In this document: positions 8,788 to 19,084 of the stretch, piece after piece
Layout: the number at the start of each line of letters is the position of its first letter
Numbering within the stretch: position 1 is the stretch's first letter
Assembly: GCA_026391215.1 (NCBI GenBank)
Contig: JAPLDX010000060.1
Coordinates: 50,622 to 114,621 of the forward strand
Origin: Bacteroidia bacterium
GTDB lineage: Bacteria; Bacteroidota; Bacteroidia; Bacteroidales; VadinHA17
DNA length: 64,000 nucleotides
Reading direction: 5' to 3'
Made by a program: the position numbers and the translations under genes
Notes under the pieces: model-generated
Told to the model about the DNA's origin: nothing
Databases searched by the model: none
The model's input: the letters and a program-made list of their open reading frames with translations, nothing else

Positions 8788-11700
8788 TTACCTTATATGC
8801 TTCCTGATTCTCTCGAAAAGATCATGAGGCTTGAAAGGTTTCAGAACGTAGTCGTTGATCTTCAGCTCGTCAATCTTATCGTGATTTTCAGACATTATTG
8901 CTGCAGTTAGAGCTACGATTGGAATATTGTTAATCCTTGGATCATTTGATTTTCTTATGATCCGGGTGGCTTCAATCCCATCCATTACCGGCATGTGAAG
9001 ATCCATCAGGATAAGGTCAAAATCTTCTTTGGCCAGTGCATCAAGTGCCAGTTGCCCGTTTTCGGCAAGCGTGGTTGTTACTCCCCATCCCGTGAGGAAC
9101 TTATTGACCACAAAGAAGTTGATCTTATTATCCTCTGCAACAAGTATGTGTTTGCCTTCAAGACCGATAAATAATTCTTTTACATCCCTGGCTTTTGCTG
9201 CTTCACCTTTACCTGAAATTCCAAAGGCAAGAGTAAATGTAAAAGTTGATCCGTTATCAGGATCGCTTTCCAACCTGATCGTACCACCCTGAAGGTCAAT
9301 GAGTTTTTTGCATATAGCCAGACCAAGTCCCGTTCCTCCATAGTGCCTGGTAGTATCCGGAGAAGCCTGGGTGAAGCTCTCAAATATAGAGTCATGCTTT
9401 TCCTTGGGTATGCCTATGCCTGTATCTGCAACAGAAAATTCCAGTTTAGCCTGGGCGGCATTTCTTTCCAGCTCCCTGATAGTGACAGTTATGCCTCCCT
9501 GGTTTGTGAATTTCAGGGCATTTGAAAGGAGGTTTGAAAGTATCTGGTTAAGCCTGATCTGATCACCGATAACCTCTTCCGGAAGCGAACCTTCCCTTTT
9601 TATTACGAAATCAATGTGTTTAGCCTTCGACCTGAATGAATAAGATCTCATTATTTCTTCAAGAAAGTCGTTCAGGTTGAACAAAGTCTGTTCAAAGACT
9701 ATCTTGCCGGATTCCATCTTGTTATAATCAAGCACATCGTTGACCAGGGTAAGAAGATGGTTGCCGGAGAAACGCAATGTTTTAATATAATCCATCTGAT
9801 CCTCTCTCGGCTGGCCCTGAAGAAGAAGATTGGTTATGCCGATGACTTCATTCAGAGGGGTTCTAATCTCATGGCTCATGGTTGACATGAAGATCTGCTT
9901 GGATTGAGCCGCTTCTTCAGCTTTCTGTCTGGCAGTTATAAGGTTGTCAAGCATCATTCTGCGCTGAATGGCTATAGCGATCTGGTTTGCAATAAAATCG
10001 AGGACATACAGGTCATCAGGTGAGAACTTATTTTCATTGAAGTAATCCTGGAGACACATCACGCCAATAATATTGTCTTCTACTTTAAGAGGGACACCCA
10101 TCCAGACCTTGCAGTCTGTGCCGACAAGTTCAATATCTCCTGATGCTTCAAGCTGTTTAAGATCGTTTTCCCTGAGGAGCACTGATTTATCATTTTTTAT
10201 TACCCAGCCTGTAATGGTATTCTTGATCGGTATCTCCTGAAAATCGTCCTTCTCATCCGCAAAAAACGGCAGAGAGAGAGTTTCAGATGCCTTGTCATAC
10301 AGCGCTATAAAGAAATTATTGGTATCCCATATTTTGCTCAGCTCCTTTACAATCGTTGGATAAATTTCCTTGATGTCCATCTGTTTCAGGGCTGCTGTAG
10401 AGATATTGTAAAGTATTTCCTGGAGAAGTATGTTTTTCCTTTCAGTGGTTATGTCCCTGTATATGCCGATTATGGCAACAGGTTCATTATTGACTAAAAT
10501 AGGAGTTCCAACCAGGGAAACATTTATCCTGTTACCGGATTTATCTCTTCTTATTGTTTGTCTTGTAACCTTGTTTTTATTTCCAGTGATGGTTTCTATT
10601 CCGATGGCTTCCTCTTTCAGATCATCCGGAACAACCAGTTCATCAATATTCTGGCTTATTGCCTCTTCCTGTGTATAACCGAAAAGGTTAGTGAACTCCT
10701 TGTTGATAATTGAAATTACGTTATTGACATCAGTGATCGCTATCGCTTCGGGAGTTGAATCAATCAAACGCTCAAGAAAAGCTTTTTCCCTGATGATCTG
10801 TTGCTCATATTTTTTGTGTCTGGAGAGATCCATGATAGTACCCCTGTAACCCATTTTCTTTCCTTCATGGAATATTCCGAATGAATGAGTCACTAAAGGA
10901 AGAAATGATCCATCCTTTCTTCTGACAAGATATTCATGGCTGGAAACCTCATTAGGTGAACTTATTCCAATGAGATTTGCAACCATTTTCTTGTAGTCTT
11001 CAGGAAAGAGTTCTGAGATAGGAGGTTTCTTTTTCAGCTCCTCTCTGGTAATTCCAAACAAATCCAATCCCAGTTTATTGCCATAAGTCACCCTCCCGTT
11101 CAGGTCAATCTCATAAACTACCACGGGAAGCATCTCAGCAAAGGTCTGGAACAAAGCTGCCTGTTTGTCTATATCGACCCTTCTCTTCTGCTGATGGCCA
11201 GGTTCCCAGGTAATAACAATATTCCCGGAGGTGAGAAGAAATCCCATATAATATCCTTCTGTGTCATCTCCTGCCTGTGATGCCGCCAGCTTAAAAGATT
11301 CTCCTGTTACATGGATATAATGCAATAGCTCAACAAGTTTCTCATTCCCGGCCAGGGATGTATCATCGACGCATTTTCCGCAGATCTCGTTCCTGTCTAT
11401 GAATTCAACTTCCTCAACTTTCCTGTTAACATCGATAATGTAGAATCTCTCATTGTCACCTATGCTGAATAGAGCGAGATAGCTGCTGACAGTATTGAAA
11501 ATCTCCTCCAAAACAGGTCCCTGGCTCTCCCTGATCATGATGTTCTTTCTCGTGCTTATCGGGGAGTATACAGTCATGAGAAACACCTCATTCTCAAGCT
11601 GAATACGACTTGCAGAAAACAGGAAAGGCTTTTCCTCTCCGCTTTTTGTCCTGAGTATAATGACAAAATCCTTTATTTTTTGAAGCCTGGATAAGAGCTT

Positions 11701-11997
11701 GATGTATTTATTGCTTTCTTCAATATCAGCAAATAGCCCGATATCATCAGATGTACGACCTATAACCTCCTCCTTGGTATAGCCAAGAACCACCAGAAAA
11801 CTGGAATTGATATCAAGGAACTTGCCGGTTTCCAGTATTGTCAGAGCCATCGGATTAGGAGCGGAATGAAAAGCTTTAAATATCAAGTCATCGTGCGAAG
11901 TTTTCTTTCCTTCCATTTCCAAACGAAGCTTGTCAATCTCCTTCTCAAGCTTCCTGTTTACCTTCTCAAGATCCTTGTATTTCTCTTTATAATCCAT
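8788..11997 (-). CDS. Cytoplasmic hybrid sensor histidine kinase (several PAS, GAF, HisKA, HATPase, REC)
   Basis: FMSTMSHEIRTPL, NLLSNALKFT, DTGIGI, GGTGLGLAI, ILMDLHMPVMDG. Start uncertain (11997 or 12036). Confidence 0.9.
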   Translation of the reverse strand: MDYKEKYKDLEKVNRKLEKEIDKLRLEMEGKKTSHDDLIFKAFHSAPNPMALTILETGKFLDINSSFLVVLGYTKEEVIGRTSDDIGLFADIEESNKYIKLLSRLQKIKDFVIILRTKSGEEKPFLFSASRIQLENEVFLMTVYSPISTRKNIMIRESQGPVLEEIFNTVSSYLALFSIGDNERFYIIDVNRKVEEVEFIDRNEICGKCVDDTSLAGNEKLVELLHYIHVTGESFKLAASQAGDDTEGYYMGFLLTSGNIVITWEPGHQQKRRVDIDKQAALFQTFAEMLPVVVYEIDLNGRVTYGNKLGLDLFGITREELKKKPPISELFPEDYKKMVANLIGISSPNEVSSHEYLVRRKDGSFLPLVTHSFGIFHEGKKMGYRGTIMDLSRHKKYEQQIIREKAFLERLIDSTPEAIAITDVNNVISIINKEFTNLFGYTQEEAISQNIDELVVPDDLKEEAIGIETITGNKNKVTRQTIRRDKSGNRINVSLVGTPILVNNEPVAIIGIYRDITTERKNILLQEILYNISTAALKQMDIKEIYPTIVKELSKIWDTNNFFIALYDKASETLSLPFFADEKDDFQEIPIKNTITGWVIKNDKSVLLRENDLKQLEASGDIELVGTDCKVWMGVPLKVEDNIIGVMCLQDYFNENKFSPDDLYVLDFIANQIAIAIQRRMMLDNLITARQKAEEAAQSKQIFMSTMSHEIRTPLNEVIGITNLLLQGQPREDQMDYIKTLRFSGNHLLTLVNDVLDYNKMESGKIVFEQTLFNLNDFLEEIMRSYSFRSKAKHIDFVIKREGSLPEEVIGDQIRLNQILSNLLSNALKFTNQGGITVTIRELERNAAQAKLEFSVADTGIGIPKEKHDSIFESFTQASPDTTRHYGGTGLGLAICKKLIDLQGGTIRLESDPDNGSTFTFTLAFGISGKGEAAKARDVKELFIGLEGKHILVAEDNKINFFVVNKFLTGWGVTTTLAENGQLALDALAKEDFDLILMDLHMPVMDGIEATRIIRKSNDPRINNIPIVALTAAIMSENHDKIDELKINDYVLKPFKPHDLFERIRKHIR

Positions 11998-12081
11998 TTG
12001 AGATCTGTATGTACTATCCCGGGTTAAAAATAACAAAAAATGACCAGTCTAACTTATTTATTGAAGCATTCCATAATGATT

Positions 12082-12729
12082 TTATTTCTTTTTATTCATA
12101 TCAGTATAATATTTACAAAAACCTGTTATTCCACACTGGCTGCACAATGGATTCCTGGCTTTGCAGACATACCTTCCATGCAGTAAAAGCCAGTGATGAG
12201 CCTTGTGTATAAGCTCAACAGGTATATTCTTTGTCAGCTGATCCTCTGCTTGCTCCGGTGTTTTAGCATTCCTGGTAAGACCAATTCTCCCTGAGACCCT
12301 GAAAACATGTGTATCTACTGCCATTACAGGCTTCTTAAATACAACCGATGAAACAACATTGGCAGTTTTTCTTCCGACACCCGGAAGTCTCTGCAGCATA
12401 GCCGGATCGGAAGGCATCTGGCCTTTAAATTCTCCGATAAGCATTTTCGACATTCCTGAAAGATACCTGGCCTTGCTGTTCGGATAAGAACATGACCTGA
12501 TATATGAGAAAATCTCTGATTGCTCTGCTTTTGCCATGGATTTTGCATCAGGGAATTTTTTCATCAGGGCAGGTGTTATCATATTGACTCTCTTATCAGT
12601 GCATTGTGCCGAAAGAATGACAGCAACAATAAGTTCAAACGGATCCTGGTATTCAAGCTCAGTCTCAGCTTCCGGCATGCTGATACTGAAATATTCAATT
12701 GTTTTTCTGTATCTATCCTTTAAAGTCAT
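12082..12729 (-). CDS. nth: Endonuclease III
   Basis: LSAQCTDKRVN, LPGVGRKTANV, VDTHV, Fe-S motif CKARNPLCSQCGITGFC. Confidence 0.96.
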   Translation of the reverse strand: MTLKDRYRKTIEYFSISMPEAETELEYQDPFELIVAVILSAQCTDKRVNMITPALMKKFPDAKSMAKAEQSEIFSYIRSCSYPNSKARYLSGMSKMLIGEFKGQMPSDPAMLQRLPGVGRKTANVVSSVVFKKPVMAVDTHVFRVSGRIGLTRNAKTPEQAEDQLTKNIPVELIHKAHHWLLLHGRYVCKARNPLCSQCGITGFCKYYTDMNKKK

Positions 12730-12851
12730 TGTAAAAGGCTTATAATGGGGCTGGAAAGTTAAGGATTTTTATCTTTGTATAATGATCGGTGTACGGTGTC
12801 CTTAAATTTCACAGGGATTTTATAGCTTTAACCGGCTTTATACTTTATAGT

Positions 12852-13889
12852 TTGGAACAAATAGTCATAAATACTCCTGGTGCCGTTTCAAATATTTTTG
12901 TCGGCGCAGCCTGGGAAACCACCTGGCAACATCTTCCGGAAGATGGTGTCGTAATAGTTACTGATAATAATGTTTATGATCTTTATAGAGGAAAGTTCCC
13001 CGGATTCCCGGTCCTGAAAATCATCCCGGGGGAGGAGAGCAAGAGCCTGAAAGTTGTTGAGAAGCTTTCCGACAAGCTTTTGAAAACAGGTGTCGGACGT
13101 TCAGGATTTATCCTGGCAATAGGAGGGGGCGTGGTTTGCGATATAGCAGGATTTCTTGCCTCTGTTTTTATGAGAGGAATACGCTGTGGCTATATTTCAA
13201 CAAGCCTCCTTTCTCAGGTAGATGCAAGCACAGGAGGGAAAAACGGAGTCAACCTGGGAAAAATAAAAAATGTGATAGGGAATTTCAGACAGCCCGAGTT
13301 CGTTATATGCGACACTTCAATGCTGAAAACCCTTCCTGAAAAGGAGTATCTGTCAGGACTGGCCGAACTGATAAAGACCGGTCTGATAGGTGATCCATCA
13401 ATTATTGCTTCGCTTGAAAATAAATATCAGGAAGTTATTTCGAGGAATAATGAATTTCTTTCAGACCTTGTTGCAAGGGCAGTGAGGTTTAAAGCATCAA
13501 TAGTATCTCAGGATGAAAAGGAGAGTGGTGCAAGAAGGATATTGAATTTTGGCCATACCTTCGGACATGCCATAGAGCTTGTTGAATCAGCGAAACATGG
13601 ATTTGCTGTTGCATCAGGTATGAAACTGGCAACACTTTTCTCACAGGAAAAAGGATATATCAGCGGTGCCGAGAGCAGCCGGATTATCAGCCTTCTGGAA
13701 AAATATAATCTTCTCGGGGAGTATCATCTTACAGTCGATAAAATGAGGGACCTTGTGATCCATGACAAGAAAAGGTCAGGTACAGATATCCATTTTGTAT
13801 TCCTTGAAAGTATTGGTAACGGGATTGTGAGAAAAATTCCTGTTGACGAGGTTATTGAATTTTACAGGCACAATAACACAGACAAATAA
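12852..13889 (+). CDS. aroB: 3-dehydroquinate synthase
   Basis: GGGVVCDIAGF, TSLLSQVDASTGGKNG, LNFGHTFGHAIE. TTG start at 12852 inferred (track starts at 12789). Confidence 0.92.
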   Translation: MEQIVINTPGAVSNIFVGAAWETTWQHLPEDGVVIVTDNNVYDLYRGKFPGFPVLKIIPGEESKSLKVVEKLSDKLLKTGVGRSGFILAIGGGVVCDIAGFLASVFMRGIRCGYISTSLLSQVDASTGGKNGVNLGKIKNVIGNFRQPEFVICDTSMLKTLPEKEYLSGLAELIKTGLIGDPSIIASLENKYQEVISRNNEFLSDLVARAVRFKASIVSQDEKESGARRILNFGHTFGHAIELVESAKHGFAVASGMKLATLFSQEKGYISGAESSRIISLLEKYNLLGEYHLTVDKMRDLVIHDKKRSGTDIHFVFLESIGNGIVRKIPVDEVIEFYRHNNTDK

Positions 13890-13896
13890 AACAATT

Positions 13897-14892
13897 ATGA
13901 ATTCTTATGGAGTCGTATTCAAAGTATCTGTTTTTGGAGAATCGCATGGAGCTGCAATAGGAGTGACAATCGACGGATGTCCTCCGGGGATAACAATCAA
14001 ACCTGAGGATTTCATTACTGATCTGGGAAGAAGACAAAGCGGAATCAAGGGAACGACCGCACGCAGGGAACCTGACTTGCCGGAGATCCTCAGCGGAGTT
14101 TTCAACGGATTCTCTGCTGGAACGCCCCTGACCGTTATCACAAGAAATAAAGATGCCGACTCAGCTGCCTACACTGCTTTTACGGACGTACCCCGTCCCG
14201 GCCATGCTGATTTCACTTCGAAAATGAAATACTCAGGATTTGCTGATTATAGGGGGAGCGGACATTTTTCAGGCAGGATCACCTGGGGTCTTGTAGTTGC
14301 CGGAGTAATTGCAAAAAAATTGTGCAGTACATCACGGATAGATGCGAAACTCATTTCGGCAGGAGGTTCAGATGATATTGAAAGCGCTGTAAATAAGGCA
14401 ATCGCTGAAAATGATTCTATCGGAGGAGTAATTGAATGTACAGTCAAGAACCCTCCATTGGCAATCGGAGAACCCTTCTTTTACTCCTTCGAATCAGCCG
14501 TCAGCCACCTGATATTTTCAATCCCGGCAGTTAAAGGTATTGAATTTGGCTCCGGGTTTGCATCAGCAACTATGAAAGGATCTGAACACAATGATCCTTT
14601 CATTGATGAAAAAGGAAAGACATCAACCAATAATGCCGGGGGCATAAACGGAGGCATTACTAATGGGAACGAAATCATATTCAGGGTCGTTGTTAAACCA
14701 ACTTCCTCAACAGGAGTTGAACAGAAAACCTTCAATTTTAAAAACAAGGAAATGCAATCCCTTAAAGTTGAGGGACGTCATGATACATGCATTGCGTTAC
14801 GTATTCCTGTGATAGTTGAAGCCGTCGCCGCTATTGCGATAGCCGACCTTATGATGATTGACAGGGGGATTTACGGGAACAGGAAGAAATAG
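13897..14892 (+). CDS. aroC: Chorismate synthase
   Basis: FGESHG, RPGHAD, IPAVKGIEFG, GGITNG, GRHDTC. Confidence 0.95.
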   Translation: MNSYGVVFKVSVFGESHGAAIGVTIDGCPPGITIKPEDFITDLGRRQSGIKGTTARREPDLPEILSGVFNGFSAGTPLTVITRNKDADSAAYTAFTDVPRPGHADFTSKMKYSGFADYRGSGHFSGRITWGLVVAGVIAKKLCSTSRIDAKLISAGGSDDIESAVNKAIAENDSIGGVIECTVKNPPLAIGEPFFYSFESAVSHLIFSIPAVKGIEFGSGFASATMKGSEHNDPFIDEKGKTSTNNAGGINGGITNGNEIIFRVVVKPTSSTGVEQKTFNFKNKEMQSLKVEGRHDTCIALRIPVIVEAVAAIAIADLMMIDRGIYGNRKK

Positions 14893-14907
14893 TCATGCGG
14901 TACTTTT

Positions 14908-15019
14908 CGTTTGATCGTTTGATCGTTTGATCGTTTGATCGTTCGTTCGAACCTTCGAACCTTCGAACCATCGAACCATCGAACCATCAAACCCTCATAC
15001 CATTAAACCGTTGAGCCTT
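14908..15019. repeat. 8-bp tandem repeats arranged as an imperfect inverted repeat
   Basis: (CGTTTGAT)x4 at 14908-14939, then (CGAACCWT)x5 at 14948-14987, then degenerate 8-mers running into the tilS 3' end. Confidence 0.85.
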
Positions 15020-16333
15020 TATTATCAGCGCTTTTGTGGACTGTTTTGTAATCCTGAACCTGTCATCAATTCTTTCACCGATGATCCAGACAATTTTCCC
15101 GTTTGATTCCAGAATGTATGCTTCTTCCTTTTCAGGAATTGAATATTTAAGGTCTGTAAAATAATCACTGAGCTTCTTCTTCTTCTTTTTCATACCCAGT
15201 GGGTAGAACAAATCCCCCGGCTTCCATATTCGTATTATCAGGGGGAAAGAGATCTTTGCATAATCCAGGCATGCGGTTCCCTGATCCGCAGGAATCTTAA
15301 AATTGCCTGGGATGCTCAAAATGCGTGCTGAACCAATAAATGAGACCTTTCTTAGTTCAGCTATGCTCCTTATTTCAAAGGATTCAGCTTCCTTTTCCGA
15401 CCGGCAGGAAATTATCAGTTCATTCCTGTTCTTAATGATCCTGTGTGTACCCGTGAATATCTGCCCTCCGCTTCTGCCGTCAATGATATTTCTCAGATCT
15501 TTCAGCAGAGTGTTTGTTATCCCATAAGGTTTTGTAAGCTCATAAAGGATACTTGTATTATTGATATATGGTCGCAGCTTGTAGGTATTAATAATAATAC
15601 TGCTATCTTTTTCATCAGAGATGGATTTCCTCAGTTTGTCAATAAAAGTGGCGACAATTTCATTTATACCACTGAGTCTTTCTGCAGTCTCATTCAGTGT
15701 AGTCTCGATGGAAGGGTTGATCTCCTTAAGCACGGGTAGAACAAGGTGCCTGATCTTATTGCGGGTATACTTTGTTTCAGCATTGGATTTATCTTCCCGG
15801 AATTTGATCCTGTAATTCCCGGAGTAAGCTTCAATTGAAGCTCTGGTTGCAAAGAGCAATGGTCTGATGATCCGGTTCCCGGAAGGTTTTATGCCGGTAA
15901 GTCCTGTTATTCCTGTTCCCCTGATCAAATTGATGAGGAGAGTTTCAATATTGTCATTGAGATTATGGGCAATGGCTGTTGAAGTATATCCGTTCTTATT
16001 CATTATTTCTTCAAACCACCTGTATCTCAATTCCCTGGCAGCCATCTGAATTGAGATCCCATTTCCGGCCGCATATCCTTTTGTATCAAATCGTTTTGAG
16101 AAAAACTGAATACCATGATCAGCTGTAAATTTTCTCACAAGCTCTTCATCTTTATCAGCTTCCCTTCCGCGCAAACAGAAATTGCAGTGAGCGATACCTG
16201 TTTCAATGCCTGCCCTGATAAACAAATCTGACATCACCATCGAGTCAATGCCGCCGCTGACAGCCATCAACACCCTGTCGCCTTTTTTGACCATCTGGTT
16301 TTCTTCAATATATTTCAGGAAATTGTTTAGCAT
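14987..16333 (-). CDS. tilS: tRNA(Ile)-lysidine synthetase
   Basis: AVSGGIDSMV, ARELRY, AHNLND, IIRPLL, YTRNKIR. Confidence 0.95.
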   Translation of the reverse strand: MLNNFLKYIEENQMVKKGDRVLMAVSGGIDSMVMSDLFIRAGIETGIAHCNFCLRGREADKDEELVRKFTADHGIQFFSKRFDTKGYAAGNGISIQMAARELRYRWFEEIMNKNGYTSTAIAHNLNDNIETLLINLIRGTGITGLTGIKPSGNRIIRPLLFATRASIEAYSGNYRIKFREDKSNAETKYTRNKIRHLVLPVLKEINPSIETTLNETAERLSGINEIVATFIDKLRKSISDEKDSSIIINTYKLRPYINNTSILYELTKPYGITNTLLKDLRNIIDGRSGGQIFTGTHRIIKNRNELIISCRSEKEAESFEIRSIAELRKVSFIGSARILSIPGNFKIPADQGTACLDYAKISFPLIIRIWKPGDLFYPLGMKKKKKKLSDYFTDLKYSIPEKEEAYILESNGKIVWIIGERIDDRFRITKQSTKALIIKAQRFNGMRV

Positions 16334-16351
16334 AATGATACTTCAGTGTAT

Positions 16352-18292
16352 TTATTCGTAAGGCAATAATGAAGGAGGTCCGGGATCGAAATTATCCGGT
16401 TTGAGGAGTTGCTCTCCGGAAACCAGTATATGGTTTACACTGGAATACTCTGGCAGGTTTGGGAAATAACCAAGCCTGATCTGCAGGGTATTGAAAACAA
16501 GATTATCATTACGGATCCTTATACCCAGCCCGATGCTGGATAATACTTCTCCCTGCTGCACGAATTCATTGGTTCCGAATAAGAATCCAAGGTCTGCAAA
16601 TCCAAAGAACGCAAACCTGAAGCCATACAGGTTAACCGGGCTGAAAAGTACCGATTCCAGGTTAACTGCCAGCCTTTGCCTGCCTCCAACCGAGTCGTTT
16701 CTAAATCCAGTAAATCCATCTTCACGATTAAATGCCAGGTATTCATCATGATATCTGTCAAATCCCCTGGTATAATCCGCTTTGATAAAGTTCCTGATCC
16801 TGTATCTCCCGAGGTATAAAAGATTTGATATGAAGTTAGTTCTCAGCAATAAAAGTCCCTGCTCGGTAAGTCCGTCATTTAAAAAAGCAGATATGCCTGC
16901 AGAAGTATAAAAATAACCTATGCTTTTAATGGATTGTCCCAGTGAGAGTTCAGCTCCTGTATATATCCTTTCCTTGAATTCATTAAACTCTTTTCCGACA
17001 GTTATATTTATTAATCCGCCATAGGGAACATCCTCGGTTCGGCCATATCCGTATATCAGATTGGTTTTATAATATTTCTGAAAAGTAAATGCTGCTGAAC
17101 CCAGGAGCATACTGTATTTCTGGAGCTTATGGTATGAGTCAGGCAGTATGAAGGGGTGGTTAAATACATCGTTGTTTGTAAGACGGGCACCGAGAATCAG
17201 TCTTGAAACGGACTCTTTATTTAACAGGAAGGAGCGTAGAAACCAATAATCCTGGAGATTATATTTTAAAGGGGCAGGTACAGCGAGTGAATCAAGATCC
17301 TCAGTTGTGTACATTTTACTTACCGAAATGCCAAAAGCATACTTAGTTGAGGAGCTTACGAGTTTGCGTTCCAGGTTAAAACCATAATTTTTTTCACCGA
17401 GACCATCGAAATAAAACAGGTCAAGGTTGGTAAATGACCGGGCAATATTATCAACTTTATATTCCACACCAAAGCCTGGTGAATCATGCAGATCAGAATC
17501 ATAAGGCACACTGACCCTGAATTCATGGCCCATGCCGAAAATATTTTTGTCGAAGAGAGATGCAGATCCTTTTTTAAGACTGCTGTATTTGTATGAGCCC
17601 CCGAGAGAGTAAATATCTTCTGTCAAGACTATTATATCAACCTCTTCATCAGAGACAGGCACTACAATGATCCTTGAATCATCTATATAAGGCAATTGTC
17701 TCAGGATCCTTTCATTGTCGCTGAGAATCAGGGGAGAAAGAGTGTCACCTTCAGAGAACAGAAGGTTTTTACGGATTATATGCTCATTTGTATTAATATG
17801 AGTTGAGTTTAAAAACTTCTCAATCTTATTAGGATTTGAAGAAACAGGATTGCTGATGCTGGATCCGAAAACGTCAAGCCTGCTGACTTCAATTTTCCTG
17901 ATTTTCCTGTCTTTGTACATTACATAACTGGCATCGCTTGATCCGGTTATCTCTTTTTTTGTGGCTGGTTCGCGTGATACAATGAGCAAGTCGTACAATT
18001 TTTTTGTTATCAGCTTCCTGGACGCTTTGACTTTCAGGGAGTCGTAAAACAGAGGTGTTCTGTCATTTTTTAATATGCCGGTAGGTAACGGAGAATCAGG
18101 GATATTAAAAAGGGTATCAGAAAGGAAGAATAATCTGATCTCCCTGATGTTCACCACTTCATCGGGATTTGCATGCAGGAGAGTATCCTGATCTGATGGA
18201 ATTTGTGCGAGAAGATGGCTGTTAAAACACAGAAATGCCAGTAAAAAAAGAGGCCCGACGGATCTTCTGTATTTTTCACTTGACCGTAACAT
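16352..18292 (-). CDS. Outer-membrane protein with POTRA-like domain and beta-barrel (Omp85/TamA-like)
   Basis: Signal peptide; IIRKNLLFSEGD...ERILRQLPYI (POTRA-like); amphipathic beta-strands toward the C-terminus. Confidence 0.6.
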   Translation of the reverse strand: MLRSSEKYRRSVGPLFLLAFLCFNSHLLAQIPSDQDTLLHANPDEVVNIREIRLFFLSDTLFNIPDSPLPTGILKNDRTPLFYDSLKVKASRKLITKKLYDLLIVSREPATKKEITGSSDASYVMYKDRKIRKIEVSRLDVFGSSISNPVSSNPNKIEKFLNSTHINTNEHIIRKNLLFSEGDTLSPLILSDNERILRQLPYIDDSRIIVVPVSDEEVDIIVLTEDIYSLGGSYKYSSLKKGSASLFDKNIFGMGHEFRVSVPYDSDLHDSPGFGVEYKVDNIARSFTNLDLFYFDGLGEKNYGFNLERKLVSSSTKYAFGISVSKMYTTEDLDSLAVPAPLKYNLQDYWFLRSFLLNKESVSRLILGARLTNNDVFNHPFILPDSYHKLQKYSMLLGSAAFTFQKYYKTNLIYGYGRTEDVPYGGLINITVGKEFNEFKERIYTGAELSLGQSIKSIGYFYTSAGISAFLNDGLTEQGLLLLRTNFISNLLYLGRYRIRNFIKADYTRGFDRYHDEYLAFNREDGFTGFRNDSVGGRQRLAVNLESVLFSPVNLYGFRFAFFGFADLGFLFGTNEFVQQGEVLSSIGLGIRIRNDNLVFNTLQIRLGYFPNLPEYSSVNHILVSGEQLLKPDNFDPGPPSLLPYE

Positions 18293-19002
18293 CAGGTTTC
18301 ACGGGAGTTTTTTTCGAGCACATCATCTGAATTGAACTGGAATCCCAGTCGTTTGCCGGTTATTACCCTTGAATGCTGGATCTTTGCTTCAGCCTGACCC
18401 ACTGTGGCAATTTTCACAGTATCATACGGAGGTACCAGAAGGTCAAATTCAAGAGAATACTGAATGGCTGTCGAGATTATTAATTGCAAAGCTTCCTTGC
18501 TTATTGCCTCATTCCCGTAATTGGTGAAAAGCATTCCCATCTGCCTTTTGCCTTCTACAAGGTACTGGTTTTCATGGTTAATGAAGATTCTTGCTATCAG
18601 GTATCCCAGGTCATCCTGCCTGGAGTACTTGAATGAATCAAAGAGAAAGTTGTATATGTTGATTATTCCTGAATATGCATTGTATTTATTCTTCTGAATA
18701 TATGCAGTCTTCCATGCAGGGTGCTCCCTATCGAACTGGAATATATTTGAATGCATGCTGAAAAACAGAATATCCCCGGCTACCTTCAGTTGTGCATCAA
18801 AATTGCTCCTGTCGGTATATTCCAGTCGTATCCTTGGGTCAATATTTCCGATGTTGGCATTCGTCTCTTTTGCCAGGTTTTTAAGTATATCCTTGACACC
18901 ACAAAATGCTTCAAGTGTATTGTCATAAACCTTCTGCTTAAGAACGGATTTCTCTTTCAGCGTACTGATAATCATCTGTTTCTTCTCGTTGAGATCGGAC
19001 AT
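18292..19002 (-). CDS. Conserved hypothetical cytoplasmic protein
   Basis: Long ORF overlapping the downstream gene by 1 bp; no motif recognised. Confidence 0.6.
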   Translation of the reverse strand: MSDLNEKKQMIISTLKEKSVLKQKVYDNTLEAFCGVKDILKNLAKETNANIGNIDPRIRLEYTDRSNFDAQLKVAGDILFFSMHSNIFQFDREHPAWKTAYIQKNKYNAYSGIINIYNFLFDSFKYSRQDDLGYLIARIFINHENQYLVEGKRQMGMLFTNYGNEAISKEALQLIISTAIQYSLEFDLLVPPYDTVKIATVGQAEAKIQHSRVITGKRLGFQFNSDDVLEKNSRET

Positions 19003-19084
19003 GGGGTATCTGTTTAAAGCGTCTAATTTACAAAAATTACCCAAGAAAATAAATCCCTGGAGTTCCAGTTAACATTCTCTGCCT

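Noticed and set aside
14908-14987. Possible CRISPR array
   Set aside because: Contiguous 8-bp units with no unique spacers and no cas genes.
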